The notes below the pieces were generated by a model. It worked only from the letters and a program-made list of their open reading frames with translations. It had not been told where the DNA came from and did no database searches. Source: Akkermansiaceae bacterium (GTDB lineage Bacteria; Verrucomicrobiota; Verrucomicrobiia; Verrucomicrobiales; Akkermansiaceae). Taken from it: DNA of 64,000 nt. The stretch spans positions 86,407 through 150,406 of the forward strand of contig JAGYIT010000012.1 in NCBI GenBank assembly GCA_018402445.1. The letters run 5' to 3'. Both the position numbers and the translations under genes were made by a program. Shown piece after piece: positions 53,273-63,231 of the stretch (position 1 is its first letter; every line of letters starts with the position of its first letter).

Positions 53273-54763
53273 TCAGCCGATGATTTTCAGGAAAGCGGCG
53301 TAGGCCTTGTCCCAATTTTCCTGATCTTGTGGCGTGTAGGTGACGAAGTCGAAGGACTCGCGGATGAGTTGGCGGCCCGCGGGGAAATCGGGGACTTCGC
53401 CGGTGGCGATCATCTGGGTGATGAGGTTTCCGCAGGAGGTGGCCTCGATGGGGCCGGCGAGAACCTCGATGCCGAGCGCGTTGGCGGTGGCTTGGCAGAG
53501 CATCTGGTTCTGGATGCCGCCGCCGCCCGCGTGGAGGCGGGAGTAGGTGCGGCCGGTCAGGTGGCAGATGCTTCCGTAAACGTAGCGGTATTTCAGGGCG
53601 AGGGATTCGGTTGCGACGCGCAGGATCTGGCCGAGGGATTCCGGGACGGCTTGGCCGGATTTTTCGCAGTAATCGCGGATCTTTCCCGGCATGTTGCCGG
53701 GGCTGGCGAAGACCGCGTCGTCGGGGTCGATGAAGGCGGTGAAAGGCTCCGCCGCCTCGGCCATTTCCGCGAGAGCCGCGAAGGAATGGTTCTGGCCTTC
53801 CTTATCCCATTGGCGTTTGCACTCCTGGATGAGCCAGAGGCCGGCGATGTTCTTTAGGAAGCGGACGGTGTTGTTCACGCCGAGTTCGTTGCAGAAACCG
53901 AACGAGAGCGCCTCGTAGCTGCGGATGGGATGTTTCCGCTCCACGCCCATGATAGACCATGTGCCGGACGAGAGCCAAAGCGGCTCCTCCTCGGTGAGCG
54001 GGATGCCCGCCACGGCGGATGCGGTATCGTGGCACGGGGCGACGACGAACGGGATGTCGCAGCGCCCGAGCGTGTTCTTGAGCGCCGGGCGCAGCGGGCC
54101 GAGCACGGTGCCGGGGGAGACGATGTTTCCGAAAATCCGATCCGGCAGGCCGAGCGCGGAGATGACCTCGTGCGACCATTGCCCGGTCTCCGCGTCAAGG
54201 AGCTGGGAGGTGGAGGCGTTCGTGCGCTCCACCGCTTTCACGCCGGTGAGCCAGTAGGCGAGGATGTCCGGGATGAAAAGGATATTGCCCGCCTGGGAGA
54301 GGGATTTGCTTTCGCGCAGCTTGAGCGAGAGCAGGTGGAGGGCGCTGTTGTAGAAATTCGTCTTGATGCCGGTGTGGCTGAAAATGTCGTCCTCGGACAT
54401 GAGGTCGTGCATTTTTTCTGCCATGCCCTCGAAGCGGGGATCGCGGTATTGGTGCGGCGGGCCAATCAACTCGCCGGAGTGGTCGAAGAGCCCGAAATCG
54501 CAGCCCCAGGTATCGATGCCGATGGAGGCGATGTTTTCACCGTGGGTTTCGATGGCCTTTTTCAGGCCGGTGAGGATCTCATGAAACAGGCCGAGGATAT
54601 TCCAGTAAAGGCCGGTCGGCAGCTCGATGGCAGGGTTATCGAAACGGTGGATTGCGGCCAGAGTGAGTTTTCCGCCGGAGGGGATGGCGGCCATCACACG
54701 GCCGCTGCTCGCCCCGAGATCGACGGCGATACGAACTTTTGCTTGGTTTTCCTGATTGGACAC
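53273..54763 (-). CDS. rhaB: rhamnulokinase-family sugar kinase
   Basis: AVDLGASSGR, GIDTWGCDF, HDTASAV, SSGTWS and GGGIQN. Confidence 0.85.
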   Translation of the reverse strand: MSNQENQAKVRIAVDLGASSGRVMAAIPSGGKLTLAAIHRFDNPAIELPTGLYWNILGLFHEILTGLKKAIETHGENIASIGIDTWGCDFGLFDHSGELIGPPHQYRDPRFEGMAEKMHDLMSEDDIFSHTGIKTNFYNSALHLLSLKLRESKSLSQAGNILFIPDILAYWLTGVKAVERTNASTSQLLDAETGQWSHEVISALGLPDRIFGNIVSPGTVLGPLRPALKNTLGRCDIPFVVAPCHDTASAVAGIPLTEEEPLWLSSGTWSIMGVERKHPIRSYEALSFGFCNELGVNNTVRFLKNIAGLWLIQECKRQWDKEGQNHSFAALAEMAEAAEPFTAFIDPDDAVFASPGNMPGKIRDYCEKSGQAVPESLGQILRVATESLALKYRYVYGSICHLTGRTYSRLHAGGGGIQNQMLCQATANALGIEVLAGPIEATSCGNLITQMIATGEVPDFPAGRQLIRESFDFVTYTPQDQENWDKAYAAFLKIIG

Positions 54764-54808
54764 GCCGCAGTGTTGCCCCCGGCCACGCAGCCATGCAAAT
54801 CAGAAACG

Positions 54809-55213
54809 TCAGGAAAACCAGTCCGCCGGCGGAGCGATGACCCTTAGCCCCTCAACGTAGCGGAAATGGGAGTCGGAAGTCATGACCGCCGCCGAAGTCC
54901 GTAGCGCGCAGGCGGCGATGATGATGTCCGTACCGGGAATCACCTTCCCCTGCCGGTCGAGCTTCCATGCCAGATCTGTCGCATCCGGCCAGAAAGCGGC
55001 GTCGGTGCGGACGTTGATCATGATGTCCATGAAGGAGCAGATTCGTTGGCGCACCTTCGGTATTTTCAACCCGCGAAGCACCTCTAGTCTCACCATGCCG
55101 CAGGTCACCAGCTCGGAAGTCCCCACCCACTCGCCCAAGGTGCTGACGGGATCCCGCCCGTGCTTCATCAGGTCGATATAGACATTGCTGTCCACTAATA
55201 TTTCAATGGCCAT
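54809..55213 (-). CDS. vapC: VapC PIN toxin
   Basis: LVDSNVYID, EVLRG, DIIIAACA and TSDSHF. Confidence 0.85.
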   Translation of the reverse strand: MAIEILVDSNVYIDLMKHGRDPVSTLGEWVGTSELVTCGMVRLEVLRGLKIPKVRQRICSFMDIMINVRTDAAFWPDATDLAWKLDRQGKVIPGTDIIIAACALRTSAAVMTSDSHFRYVEGLRVIAPPADWFS

Positions 55214-55484
55214 AACGCTTGGGTTCTTCGGCGACCTTGCTGGATGGGGCATCCTCGTGGATGTAGGGGGTGATGTTCAGGTTCTTGGGATCGTAGCCGG
55301 GGATTACGGCGTCCATCAATTCCTCCCGGGTCAAGCCCAAGCCGTTCTTGATGAACTCGCGGTAGCGGACTTTGCGATCCATCTCACGCAAGGCCATTTC
55401 CACGGCCTCGGTCTTGCTTTCGCAGCCGTAGGCCTCGACCACCCTTTTCAACAGGGCCTCGTCTATGTGCATTGTCATTTTCAT
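55203..55484 (-). CDS. vapB: VapB-type RHH antitoxin
   Basis: MKMTMHIDEALL...SKTEAVEMALRE; overlaps vapC. Confidence 0.85.
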   Translation of the reverse strand: MKMTMHIDEALLKRVVEAYGCESKTEAVEMALREMDRKVRYREFIKNGLGLTREELMDAVIPGYDPKNLNITPYIHEDAPSSKVAEEPKRYGH

Positions 55485-55538
55485 GCCATACCTAGTATGG
55501 CACTAAGCTCCACCCGTAAAGAAAAATTTTCCGCAAAG

Positions 55539-56150
55539 TCAATTTTCCGTATCCTGTGGGCAACTGATCGGGTCGCGAAGCGGGGTCAAAATCCCTTGGT
55601 CGAGGCGGTAAACCCAGGAGTGGATCGCGAGCTCCTGCCCGCGCTCCCAAGCGTCCTCCACGATAGTGGTGCGGGCGACATGCCTCACCTGGGAAAGCAC
55701 GTTGAGTTCGCAGAGTCTGTCGAGTTTCGCACCGGGTTCCATTCCCGCGAGTTCGTCCTTGTGGATTCGTTTCAGGGAGCGGATCGGGGCGAGCCAGTTG
55801 TCGATGATGCCATGGCGGACATTGTCGAAAGCCGCCTTCACCCCGCCGCAGCCGTAGTGGCCGCAGACGATCACGTGTCTTACTTTCAGTACATCCACGG
55901 CGTATTGGAGGACGGCGAGGACATTGAAATCCGTTTCCTGGACTACGTTGGCGACATTGCGGTGGACGAAGACCTCACCCGGCGGCAGTCCGGTGATCTG
56001 GTTCGCGGGGACGCGGGAGTCCGAGCATCCGATCCAGAGAAATTTGGGGCTTTGCTGCTGGGCGAGGCGGGTGAAAAACTCCGGATCGCTCTGGCGCATG
56101 CTTTCCGCCCAAGCGATGTTGTTATCTATGAGGATCTGGATTCTTTCCAT
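55539..56150 (-). CDS. can: beta carbonic anhydrase
   Basis: WIGCSDSRVP, HRNVAN and GHYGCGGV. Confidence 0.95.
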   Translation of the reverse strand: MERIQILIDNNIAWAESMRQSDPEFFTRLAQQQSPKFLWIGCSDSRVPANQITGLPPGEVFVHRNVANVVQETDFNVLAVLQYAVDVLKVRHVIVCGHYGCGGVKAAFDNVRHGIIDNWLAPIRSLKRIHKDELAGMEPGAKLDRLCELNVLSQVRHVARTTIVEDAWERGQELAIHSWVYRLDQGILTPLRDPISCPQDTEN

Positions 56151-56195
56151 GTGCGGAAAGCATTCCCGAATCGGGGCAGCGCATCCAGAGCTAAA

Positions 56196-57710
56196 TCATG
56201 CCGTCGCAGCGGCCTTCGCGTCGAACTCCGCCTTGGCCGCTTTCCGGCACTCCGCGACGAAGTGGTTGCAGGCCTCGCGGCAAACCAACGGGATCGATTC
56301 GTTTTCCGGGGCGTTGCCGGCGATTCCATTGAAGCGGGATGCCTCGCTGTCCTCCAGCGGCGTGTTCTCGTCGAGTTTCCACAGGATTTTCTTCGCACAG
56401 TTGTGGGCGGGCCCGCAGACTTTCCGGACGAGTTCCTGCGCCCCTGCATCGCTGATCGAGCGGGCGAAGCGATACATGCCGGTCTGGCGTCCCAGTTTTT
56501 CCCGCAGATCCTCGATGGGCAGCGAGCCGTCCTGATGCCGGATGAACAGCGCGGTGCAGGCCGGGTAGAAATGGTCGAGGGCGCGGAGCAAGTCGGTCTC
56601 GTTGTCGAGGGTCATGATCCAGCCGCGCTTGAGGTTGATCTTCCCTTTGGTGAAACGGTATTCGCCGTCCTCCGCGTAGGTGGAAATGTCCCGAGCCATG
56701 TCCGGGCCGTGATGATGGTCGAGGCCGCCGTAGGCCGGTTGGGTGGCGAGATCCTCGTCGTCGATGTGATGGAGCGCGTAGGAAAACTCGCAGAGATCGC
56801 GCTGGATCTCGATCTGGCCGATCTGGCGGACACCGCTGCGGATCAGCTTTTTCAGATGGGCGGGCAGCGTTTCCGCATCCACTGGAGCGGGCGGGGTGGG
56901 GCTGTATTTCGTATCGAAATCTGCGACCTGGTCGAGGATCACGTCTGCCATGAGAAGCTCGGTGCCGATCGCGGAAGAGTAGTAGAGGTTTTTTCCGCGC
57001 AGCTGGTTCGGGTTCTGCCGGAACACATCCGTCTGGCTCGCCGCCGGGCCGACCTCGCTTTCCAGTCCCAACATCACCGGGATGTCTTGGTAGGAGTGCA
57101 GCCCGTCCGAGATGAAAAAGGGCACGACTACTACGTTTTTCGTATCCGCCATCTTGTCCCAATCCGCGATGAACGGCTGCTCCTCCATGTAGGCGTCGGT
57201 CACCAGCGCATAGCCCGCGCCCGTGGCTGCGATGAGATCCGCCTGATCCTTGATCGCCTTCGTGGAGTTCTGGTTCAGCCCGGTGCCGTGGCCGGTAATG
57301 ATCAGTGTCGTGTCAGCGGGATCGGCTTCGGGCGCGACCTCCTTGGCGCGCTTCAGGATGAGACCGGTCATGGAGGGATGGACACCGACGGGCAGGCAGT
57401 AGTGCAGGGTTTTGCCGTTGCGGTGGGTGGTCGGGCCGTCGAGTTCGAGTTCACGCGGGATGACGTCTTGGGTGAAATAGCCTTCGCTGATGAAATCCGG
57501 CACGATGTAAACCTCGGGCGCATCGATCATGAGCAGCGCCTCGCGCATGGACGGCTCCTCTTTCCAGAAACAGACATGCACCTCGGCGAAGAGGTTGCGC
57601 TTCCTGATCTCGGCGGCGTGATCGAAATAGGGCGTGGAGGAGTCGGGGTTCTCCGTCGATCCGTGGCCGACGATGAGCAGAGCGGTGTTTGGTTTCTGGC
57701 TGAGAGGCAT
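56196..57710 (-). CDS. CbiX/SirB chelatase-like domain fused to a DR2241-like Fe-S domain
   Basis: LIVGHGS, VPFFISDGLH, GEYRF, GRQTGMY and CREACN. Confidence 0.75.
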   Translation of the reverse strand: MPLSQKPNTALLIVGHGSTENPDSSTPYFDHAAEIRKRNLFAEVHVCFWKEEPSMREALLMIDAPEVYIVPDFISEGYFTQDVIPRELELDGPTTHRNGKTLHYCLPVGVHPSMTGLILKRAKEVAPEADPADTTLIITGHGTGLNQNSTKAIKDQADLIAATGAGYALVTDAYMEEQPFIADWDKMADTKNVVVVPFFISDGLHSYQDIPVMLGLESEVGPAASQTDVFRQNPNQLRGKNLYYSSAIGTELLMADVILDQVADFDTKYSPTPPAPVDAETLPAHLKKLIRSGVRQIGQIEIQRDLCEFSYALHHIDDEDLATQPAYGGLDHHHGPDMARDISTYAEDGEYRFTKGKINLKRGWIMTLDNETDLLRALDHFYPACTALFIRHQDGSLPIEDLREKLGRQTGMYRFARSISDAGAQELVRKVCGPAHNCAKKILWKLDENTPLEDSEASRFNGIAGNAPENESIPLVCREACNHFVAECRKAAKAEFDAKAAATA

Positions 57711-57940
57711 GCTGGGAAAATGGAGGGTGATCTTCGGATTGCAAGCGGACGAATCGACAGAAATCTTTGGACTGTAGAAATCTTTGGACTTGCAAACGGA
57801 GGTCTGGCCACTAGGTTCGCCCTCCGTTTTTCTTTTGTCCTGCTGGCGGTTGGAGCCCCGGTGCCTGCAGGACGCTTTTTTCCGGGGCAATTGTCGGAAG
57901 GAAAACGAAACCAAACTAACCAAACCACTAACCTACACAT

Positions 57941-59647
57941 ATGAGTGCTGCCATCGCAGAACCCACCAACCAAGAGCTGAGCGACCTGATCGACTCCAAA
58001 TTCACGGAATTCCGTGAGGGATCCATCGTCAAGGGAACCATCCTCGAAATTCGCCCGCAGATCGTCCTTGTGGACATCGGCTACAAATCCGAGGGAGCCA
58101 TCCCTTCCAACGAGTTCGAGGACGAGGAAATCGAAGTCGGCGACGAGATCGAAGTCCTCCTCGAGCGTCTCGAAAACGACGAGGGCATGGTCGTCCTCTC
58201 CAAGGAAAAGGCAGCCTATAAGCAGAACTGGGACAAGATCGTCAAGGTTTACCAGGACGGCGGACTTGTCCGCGGCAAAGTCAAGGCGGTCGTCAAAGGC
58301 GGGCTTACCGTCAACGTCGGCGTCGAGGCTTTCCTTCCCGGCTCCCAGGTGGACATCATTCCGCCCAAGGATCTTTCCGAATACGTCGGAAACGTTTACG
58401 AGTTCAAGATCGTCAAGGTCAACGACGAGCGCAAGAACATCGTCCTTTCCCGCCGCGAGGTCATCGAGGCCGAGCGCTCCGAGCAACGCCAGGCCTTCCT
58501 TCAGACCGTCAAGATCGGCGACAAGGTGGTCGGTGCGATCAAGAACCTCACCGATTTCGGCGCCTTCGTCGATCTCGCAGGCATGGACGGTCTGCTCCAC
58601 ATCACCGACATGTCGTGGGGCCGCATCAACCATCCTTCCGAACTGCTCCACATCGGCCAATCCGTCGATGTCGTCATCCTCGACGTGGATCGCGAGAAAG
58701 AGCGCGTTTCGCTCGGCCTTAAGCAGATGTCCGAGAACCCATGGGAAGATATCGAGCGCAAATACCCCATCGGTCAACAGGTCAAGGGTCAGGTCACCAA
58801 GCTCCTTCCCTACGGCGCGTTCATCGAGATCGAGCGCGGCGTCGAAGGCCTCGTGCACGTTTCCGAACTCTCCTGGGTCAAGCGCATCACCCGTCCGTCC
58901 GATGTTCTCGAACTCGGCCAAGAAATCGTCGCGGTCGTCCTTGGCATCAGCATCGAGGAGCAGAAAATCTCCCTCGGCGTGCGCCAGCTCGAAGGTAACC
59001 CATGGGACGAGATCGAACTCCGCTACCCTGTCGGTGCCACGATCAACGGCCCTGTCCGCAATCTCACCGCCTACGGTGCGTTCGTGGAGCTGGAGGAAGG
59101 CATCGACGGCATGATCCACGTCTCCGACATGTCGTGGACGCGCAAGATCAACCATCCTTCCGAAGTTCTCAAGAAGAACGACGAGATCGAGGCCGTCGTC
59201 CTTGCCATCGACAAGGTGAACCAACGCGTCTCCCTCGGTATCAAGCAGACCGAGAACGACCCATGGTCCGCCATCGACGACCGCTTCAAGGTCGGCGACC
59301 TCGTCAAGGGCACGGTCGCGAAGATCGCATCCTTCGGCGCGTTCGTTTCCCTCGAGGGCGACATCGACGGCCTCATCCACATCTCGCAACTCAGCGAGGA
59401 TCACGTGGAGAAGGTCAAGGACGTCATCAAGGTCGGCGACGGCATCGAGGCTCGTGTGATCAAGGTCGATAAGGTCGAGCGCCGCATCGGCCTCTCGATC
59501 AAGGCCGTCGGCTACTCCGAGGAGCAGCTTAAGAAGGAAAGCGCGAGCTTCGAGTCCCTCCGCCCATCCTCCGAGATGGTCGGCCTCGAGCAGGCGTTCA
59601 ATCTCGCCGCCGCCGCTTCCGAAGACTGGAGTCCGGGTCAGGACTAA
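57941..59647 (+). CDS. rpsA: 30S ribosomal protein S1
   Basis: Six S1 repeats (DIGYKSEG, FGAFVDL, GLLHITDMSW). Confidence 0.98.
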   Translation: MSAAIAEPTNQELSDLIDSKFTEFREGSIVKGTILEIRPQIVLVDIGYKSEGAIPSNEFEDEEIEVGDEIEVLLERLENDEGMVVLSKEKAAYKQNWDKIVKVYQDGGLVRGKVKAVVKGGLTVNVGVEAFLPGSQVDIIPPKDLSEYVGNVYEFKIVKVNDERKNIVLSRREVIEAERSEQRQAFLQTVKIGDKVVGAIKNLTDFGAFVDLAGMDGLLHITDMSWGRINHPSELLHIGQSVDVVILDVDREKERVSLGLKQMSENPWEDIERKYPIGQQVKGQVTKLLPYGAFIEIERGVEGLVHVSELSWVKRITRPSDVLELGQEIVAVVLGISIEEQKISLGVRQLEGNPWDEIELRYPVGATINGPVRNLTAYGAFVELEEGIDGMIHVSDMSWTRKINHPSEVLKKNDEIEAVVLAIDKVNQRVSLGIKQTENDPWSAIDDRFKVGDLVKGTVAKIASFGAFVSLEGDIDGLIHISQLSEDHVEKVKDVIKVGDGIEARVIKVDKVERRIGLSIKAVGYSEEQLKKESASFESLRPSSEMVGLEQAFNLAAAASEDWSPGQD

Positions 59648-59688
59648 GATTCATCCGAGCCGTAGTTACGCGGCTCGGCATTTCCCCG

Positions 59689-59720
59689 AAAGCCGGACAG
59701 GTTCGCCTGTCCGGCTTTTT
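59689..59720 (+). terminator. intrinsic terminator after rpsA
   Basis: aaagccggacagg-ttcg-cctgtccggcttttt. Confidence 0.85.
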
Positions 59721-59958
59721 CCGTTTCAGGAAGATCCGGCTGGTTCCAGCGTGATCAACGGGGAAAGCATCCGATCCGGCCATGTGGCGGGCTTCGCGCT
59801 GCGCAGTGATGGCCTCGATCCCACACACCGCCCCCGTTGTGGGGGGGGTGTTCGGCGGAGAACGATGCCTCGGGGCGAGCAGTCGTAAACACCCGCGAGA
59901 AAGCGGGTTGCCAAGGGGAGTGCGGGGTGTCTATCGTCCGTTTTCGAAAGTAAGATTT

Positions 59959-60363
59959 ATGGCGATTGAAGGAGAAGAGTTGGCGAAAGCGTGTGTGAAG
60001 GCGGCGGCGGAGATCCAGGCGGAGAACATCCGGGTGTGGGACATGCGCGGGGTTTCGAATCTGACGGATTACATGATCGTGTGCTCCGGCTCCTCGATGC
60101 CGCACTTGCGGGCGATCATCCGCGATGTGGCGGGACTGGTGGAGAAGGATACGGGCGCGAAGCCGGCCAACGCCGAGGGCAAGGTGGATTCACGCTGGGT
60201 GGTGCTCGATTACATCGATGTCATGGTGCATGTGATGCACGAGGAAATGCGAGAATTTTACGGTCTGGAGGAACTCTGGGCGGACGCGAAGGAGATGGAT
60301 TGGAGCCCGGCAGGCACCGGCAATGGCGATGGCGGCAAGCGGATATCCAATTTCACCCATTGA
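59959..60363 (+). CDS. rsfS: ribosome silencing factor
   Basis: DYMIVCSG, WVVLDYIDVMVHVM and REFYGLEELW. Confidence 0.92.
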   Translation: MAIEGEELAKACVKAAAEIQAENIRVWDMRGVSNLTDYMIVCSGSSMPHLRAIIRDVAGLVEKDTGAKPANAEGKVDSRWVVLDYIDVMVHVMHEEMREFYGLEELWADAKEMDWSPAGTGNGDGGKRISNFTH

Positions 60364-61522
60364 GTGTGAACGCGTGGAAGGGCGGATCCGTGTCGCCTGG
60401 ACTCGGCGCGGGGTGATTCTCGGCGGGCTAGGCTTCGCCCTGTTCGCGGTGGGGCTGTGGCGGGTGGATGGCGTGATGGCGGCGATGGGGCTTTCTGTCG
60501 CGGCGCTTTTTTTGGTGGCGTTGGTTTCAGGCCGCGTGAACCTGCAGCCGCTGGCCTTGGCTTATCGTGGGCCGAGCCGGGTGGATTCGGGAAAGGGGTT
60601 TTCCGGGAAGCTGATGTTGACGAACCGAAACGGATTTTTTGACAGCCTGTGGATCGAGTTCGGGGTGGAGCTGATGGGGGAGGCGGTGGTTTCCGGAAAG
60701 GCGTTCTGGATCGCGGCAGGGAGCGTGGCGGAAGTGGAGGGGCGGCCGGTTCTGCGCACCCGGGCTTTGCGGAGTGCGCAGCGGGGCTGGGTGAGATCGG
60801 GTTTCCCGCTGGGGCTGATGTCGTTTTCTAGGAAACTGCGGGTGGAAGCGGAGATCGGGGTTTTGCCGAAACCCATCGTGCCGCGCGCGCTGGCGCTGAG
60901 GGGTTATCTGCTCGATGGGGTACCGCTGGGCGGTTCGAAGCATTTCGGCGGGATCGGTGAGTGGAAGGGGCTGCGTGAGCGGCGGGGCGGGGATGGGCTG
61001 CGACGGATCGCTTGGGCGGCGAGCCTGCGCTCCGAGACGGCGGGTGGGGTGGTGCTGGTGCGGGAGGATGAGCCGCCCGGTTCGCAGGCGGAGGGTTGCC
61101 TGGTAGTGTTCCATTCCTACGGCGGCGATGGCGACCTGATCCGTCCGGATCGCTTTGAGAAGGCGTTGTCACTTCTTTGCGGCACGTTGGGCAACCTGGT
61201 GGGGTGGGGGATGCCGGTGCGGTGGATCGCGGATTTCAACGGATGGGAGGAAGGGGCGGTGAAAACGCGGCGGCAGTTGGCGGGGGTGCGCGAGGGTTTA
61301 CTGACGGTGAAACGGGCTTCGGGAACGGAGGCGCACGATCTGATCGCGGCGCTGGGCAGGGCTCATGATCATGAATGTGTGGTGGTGGTTTCCGACATGC
61401 CGCGCTCTTCGTGGGAGGGCTTCGTGCAGGTTGGCGCGATCGCGCCGGTGCTGGTGGATATCCGCGAGTACGATGGTTCCCGTAGGAAAAACGGGGTGCG
61501 CAGGAAAGGGGGGCGGAGATGA
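60323..61522 (+). CDS. DUF58 family protein
   Basis: Two TM segments, SGFPLGL, GLRE..GDGLRRIAWAAS and FEKALS; start uncertain. Confidence 0.75.
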   Translation: MAMAASGYPISPIECERVEGRIRVAWTRRGVILGGLGFALFAVGLWRVDGVMAAMGLSVAALFLVALVSGRVNLQPLALAYRGPSRVDSGKGFSGKLMLTNRNGFFDSLWIEFGVELMGEAVVSGKAFWIAAGSVAEVEGRPVLRTRALRSAQRGWVRSGFPLGLMSFSRKLRVEAEIGVLPKPIVPRALALRGYLLDGVPLGGSKHFGGIGEWKGLRERRGGDGLRRIAWAASLRSETAGGVVLVREDEPPGSQAEGCLVVFHSYGGDGDLIRPDRFEKALSLLCGTLGNLVGWGMPVRWIADFNGWEEGAVKTRRQLAGVREGLLTVKRASGTEAHDLIAALGRAHDHECVVVVSDMPRSSWEGFVQVGAIAPVLVDIREYDGSRRKNGVRRKGGRR

Positions 61523-63231
61523 TTTTCCGGCTCATTGTTCTTTGTCTGGCGGGGGCGGGGGCGTATGCCTTGCTGAGGGGGTGGCCGGAGGGTTTGCCGA
61601 CGCTGGTAAGCTCTTGCCTCGCCGTGCTGTTGCTTGTCGGCGGGCTGGGATGGTGGGCGGCAAAGCGCGCGAAGGACGACCTGCCGATCGCGAAGGGCGC
61701 GAGGAAACCGGGCATGAGGGATTTCCTCGCGATGGGTATGGGCATCCTCGCGCTGGAGTGCGGTTTCCTCTGGCTGCTCAACGCCGCGCCGAAACCGCTG
61801 GAGGAGGTGGCGATCCTGATCGAGGCGAGACTCCAGCCGGGTGCCGCCGCTATAAGGGCGGGCAGCGGAAATTCGCGGAATGCGGGCAACTGGCTCTGGA
61901 GCGATGAGAAGAGGCGGGCCTTGCCGCAGCGGACGAACCTGAAACCGGGCGCGAAGCCCGAGGTGTTCGTGAAGCTGCCGCAGGCGAAGGACGCCGAGCG
62001 GTTGCTTAAGCGGAAGTTGTATGTGAGGGCGTTCACGCTGGATGATTATGAGGACGGCGTCTGGAGTCTTGCCGGTGATGAGCCACGGCATCTGGAGGCG
62101 GATGCGGGCGGGTGGATCCGTTTCGCCGAAAGCGGTGAGGGCGAGATCCTGCACGAGGTTTTCCATGGCAAGGAAAACGGCGGTAGGGATGTTCTGACCG
62201 CGTTGCAGGGAGTGCGGGCGGTGAGATTGCCCAGCCTGCAAATGGTGGCGGATGGCATGGGGATATTGCCGGATGTGGGCGGGGCGATGGGTTACACGTA
62301 TCTCGCCAGCTCGTTGCCGGTGGCGCTGGAGGATCTTCCGGAAACGGAGGAGTGGGGGAATGGCAAGCCGGTCGATGCGGAGGGTAGGTTCGGGGCTTTG
62401 GCCGCGAAGGCGGCGGGGGAGGGCGATATCCTGCGGAAGCTGCTGAACATCCAATCGTTTCTCCGCGACAACTACGGCTACTCCCTGATGACGGTGAACC
62501 GCGATGATCTCGATCCGCTGGAGAATTTCCTCTTCGCCGAGAAGCGCGGGCACTGCGAGTTTTTCGCTACGGCGGGAGCGCTGATGGCGCGGGAACTGGG
62601 GGTGGAGGCGCGGGTCGCGTATGGCTGGGCGGGCGGCGAGTATTTTGGGGACAGCCGGATGTTCGTTTTCCGGGCGCGGGAAGCCCATGCGTGGGTAGAG
62701 GTGAAAATGAAAGGTGTCTGGGTGGTGATGGAGCCGACACCTCCGGTTGCGCTCGGTGGGGGTGGTTCGCCACGGCGGGCAGAGCCGGGTGAGAAGCCGC
62801 CCATGGCGGAGGAGGAACTCTCCGATGAGTCGGACGAAACGGCGGATGAAGGCGGGGAAGTGGAAAAGATCGCTCTCGCGCTGATGGCGACTTTCGGGGC
62901 GGTCGCGGCCGGGGTGTTTCTATTCAGGGGGGCGCGGAGAGACCGTGATTTTCCCGGGAACCAAGATTTTCCCGCAGCGAAACGCAGGGGCGGATATTTC
63001 AGCCTATGGCAGCAAGTCTGCGAGAAAAAGAGACTAGCAGGGCGCGCGGGGTGGACTCTGAAACAGCAGCTCGCGGAAATGGAGGCGCCGCCCGCCTTCG
63101 CCGAGGATCTGCGGAAATACCACTACGCCCTGCGTTATGAAGAAAAGCCGCCCGACGCGGATCGCGAGGGGCGGCTGGTTGAGGAGATTAAGCGCTGGGA
63201 TCAATCTGGCAGCTCGAAGCCCTTGCGGTAG
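61519..63231 (+). CDS. membrane transglutaminase-like protein
   Basis: RGHCEFFATA, AHAWVEV and EPTP catalytic motifs. Confidence 0.85.
   Translation: MIFRLIVLCLAGAGAYALLRGWPEGLPTLVSSCLAVLLLVGGLGWWAAKRAKDDLPIAKGARKPGMRDFLAMGMGILALECGFLWLLNAAPKPLEEVAILIEARLQPGAAAIRAGSGNSRNAGNWLWSDEKRRALPQRTNLKPGAKPEVFVKLPQAKDAERLLKRKLYVRAFTLDDYEDGVWSLAGDEPRHLEADAGGWIRFAESGEGEILHEVFHGKENGGRDVLTALQGVRAVRLPSLQMVADGMGILPDVGGAMGYTYLASSLPVALEDLPETEEWGNGKPVDAEGRFGALAAKAAGEGDILRKLLNIQSFLRDNYGYSLMTVNRDDLDPLENFLFAEKRGHCEFFATAGALMARELGVEARVAYGWAGGEYFGDSRMFVFRAREAHAWVEVKMKGVWVVMEPTPPVALGGGGSPRRAEPGEKPPMAEEELSDESDETADEGGEVEKIALALMATFGAVAAGVFLFRGARRDRDFPGNQDFPAAKRRGGYFSLWQQVCEKKRLAGRAGWTLKQQLAEMEAPPAFAEDLRKYHYALRYEEKPPDADREGRLVEEIKRWDQSGSSKPLR

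Noticed and set aside
55185-59404. Very long ORFs 55185-57944 (+) and 57527-59404 (-), and similar ones at 388-1389, 6335-7924, 33499-35172 and 48221-50041
   Set aside because: Shadow frames opposite well-supported genes, expected in high-GC DNA; no recognisable motifs.
59722-59900. Possible ncRNA between rpsA and rsfS
   Set aside because: GC-rich with weak hairpins only; no tRNA, SRP, tmRNA or riboswitch signature could be recognised by eye.
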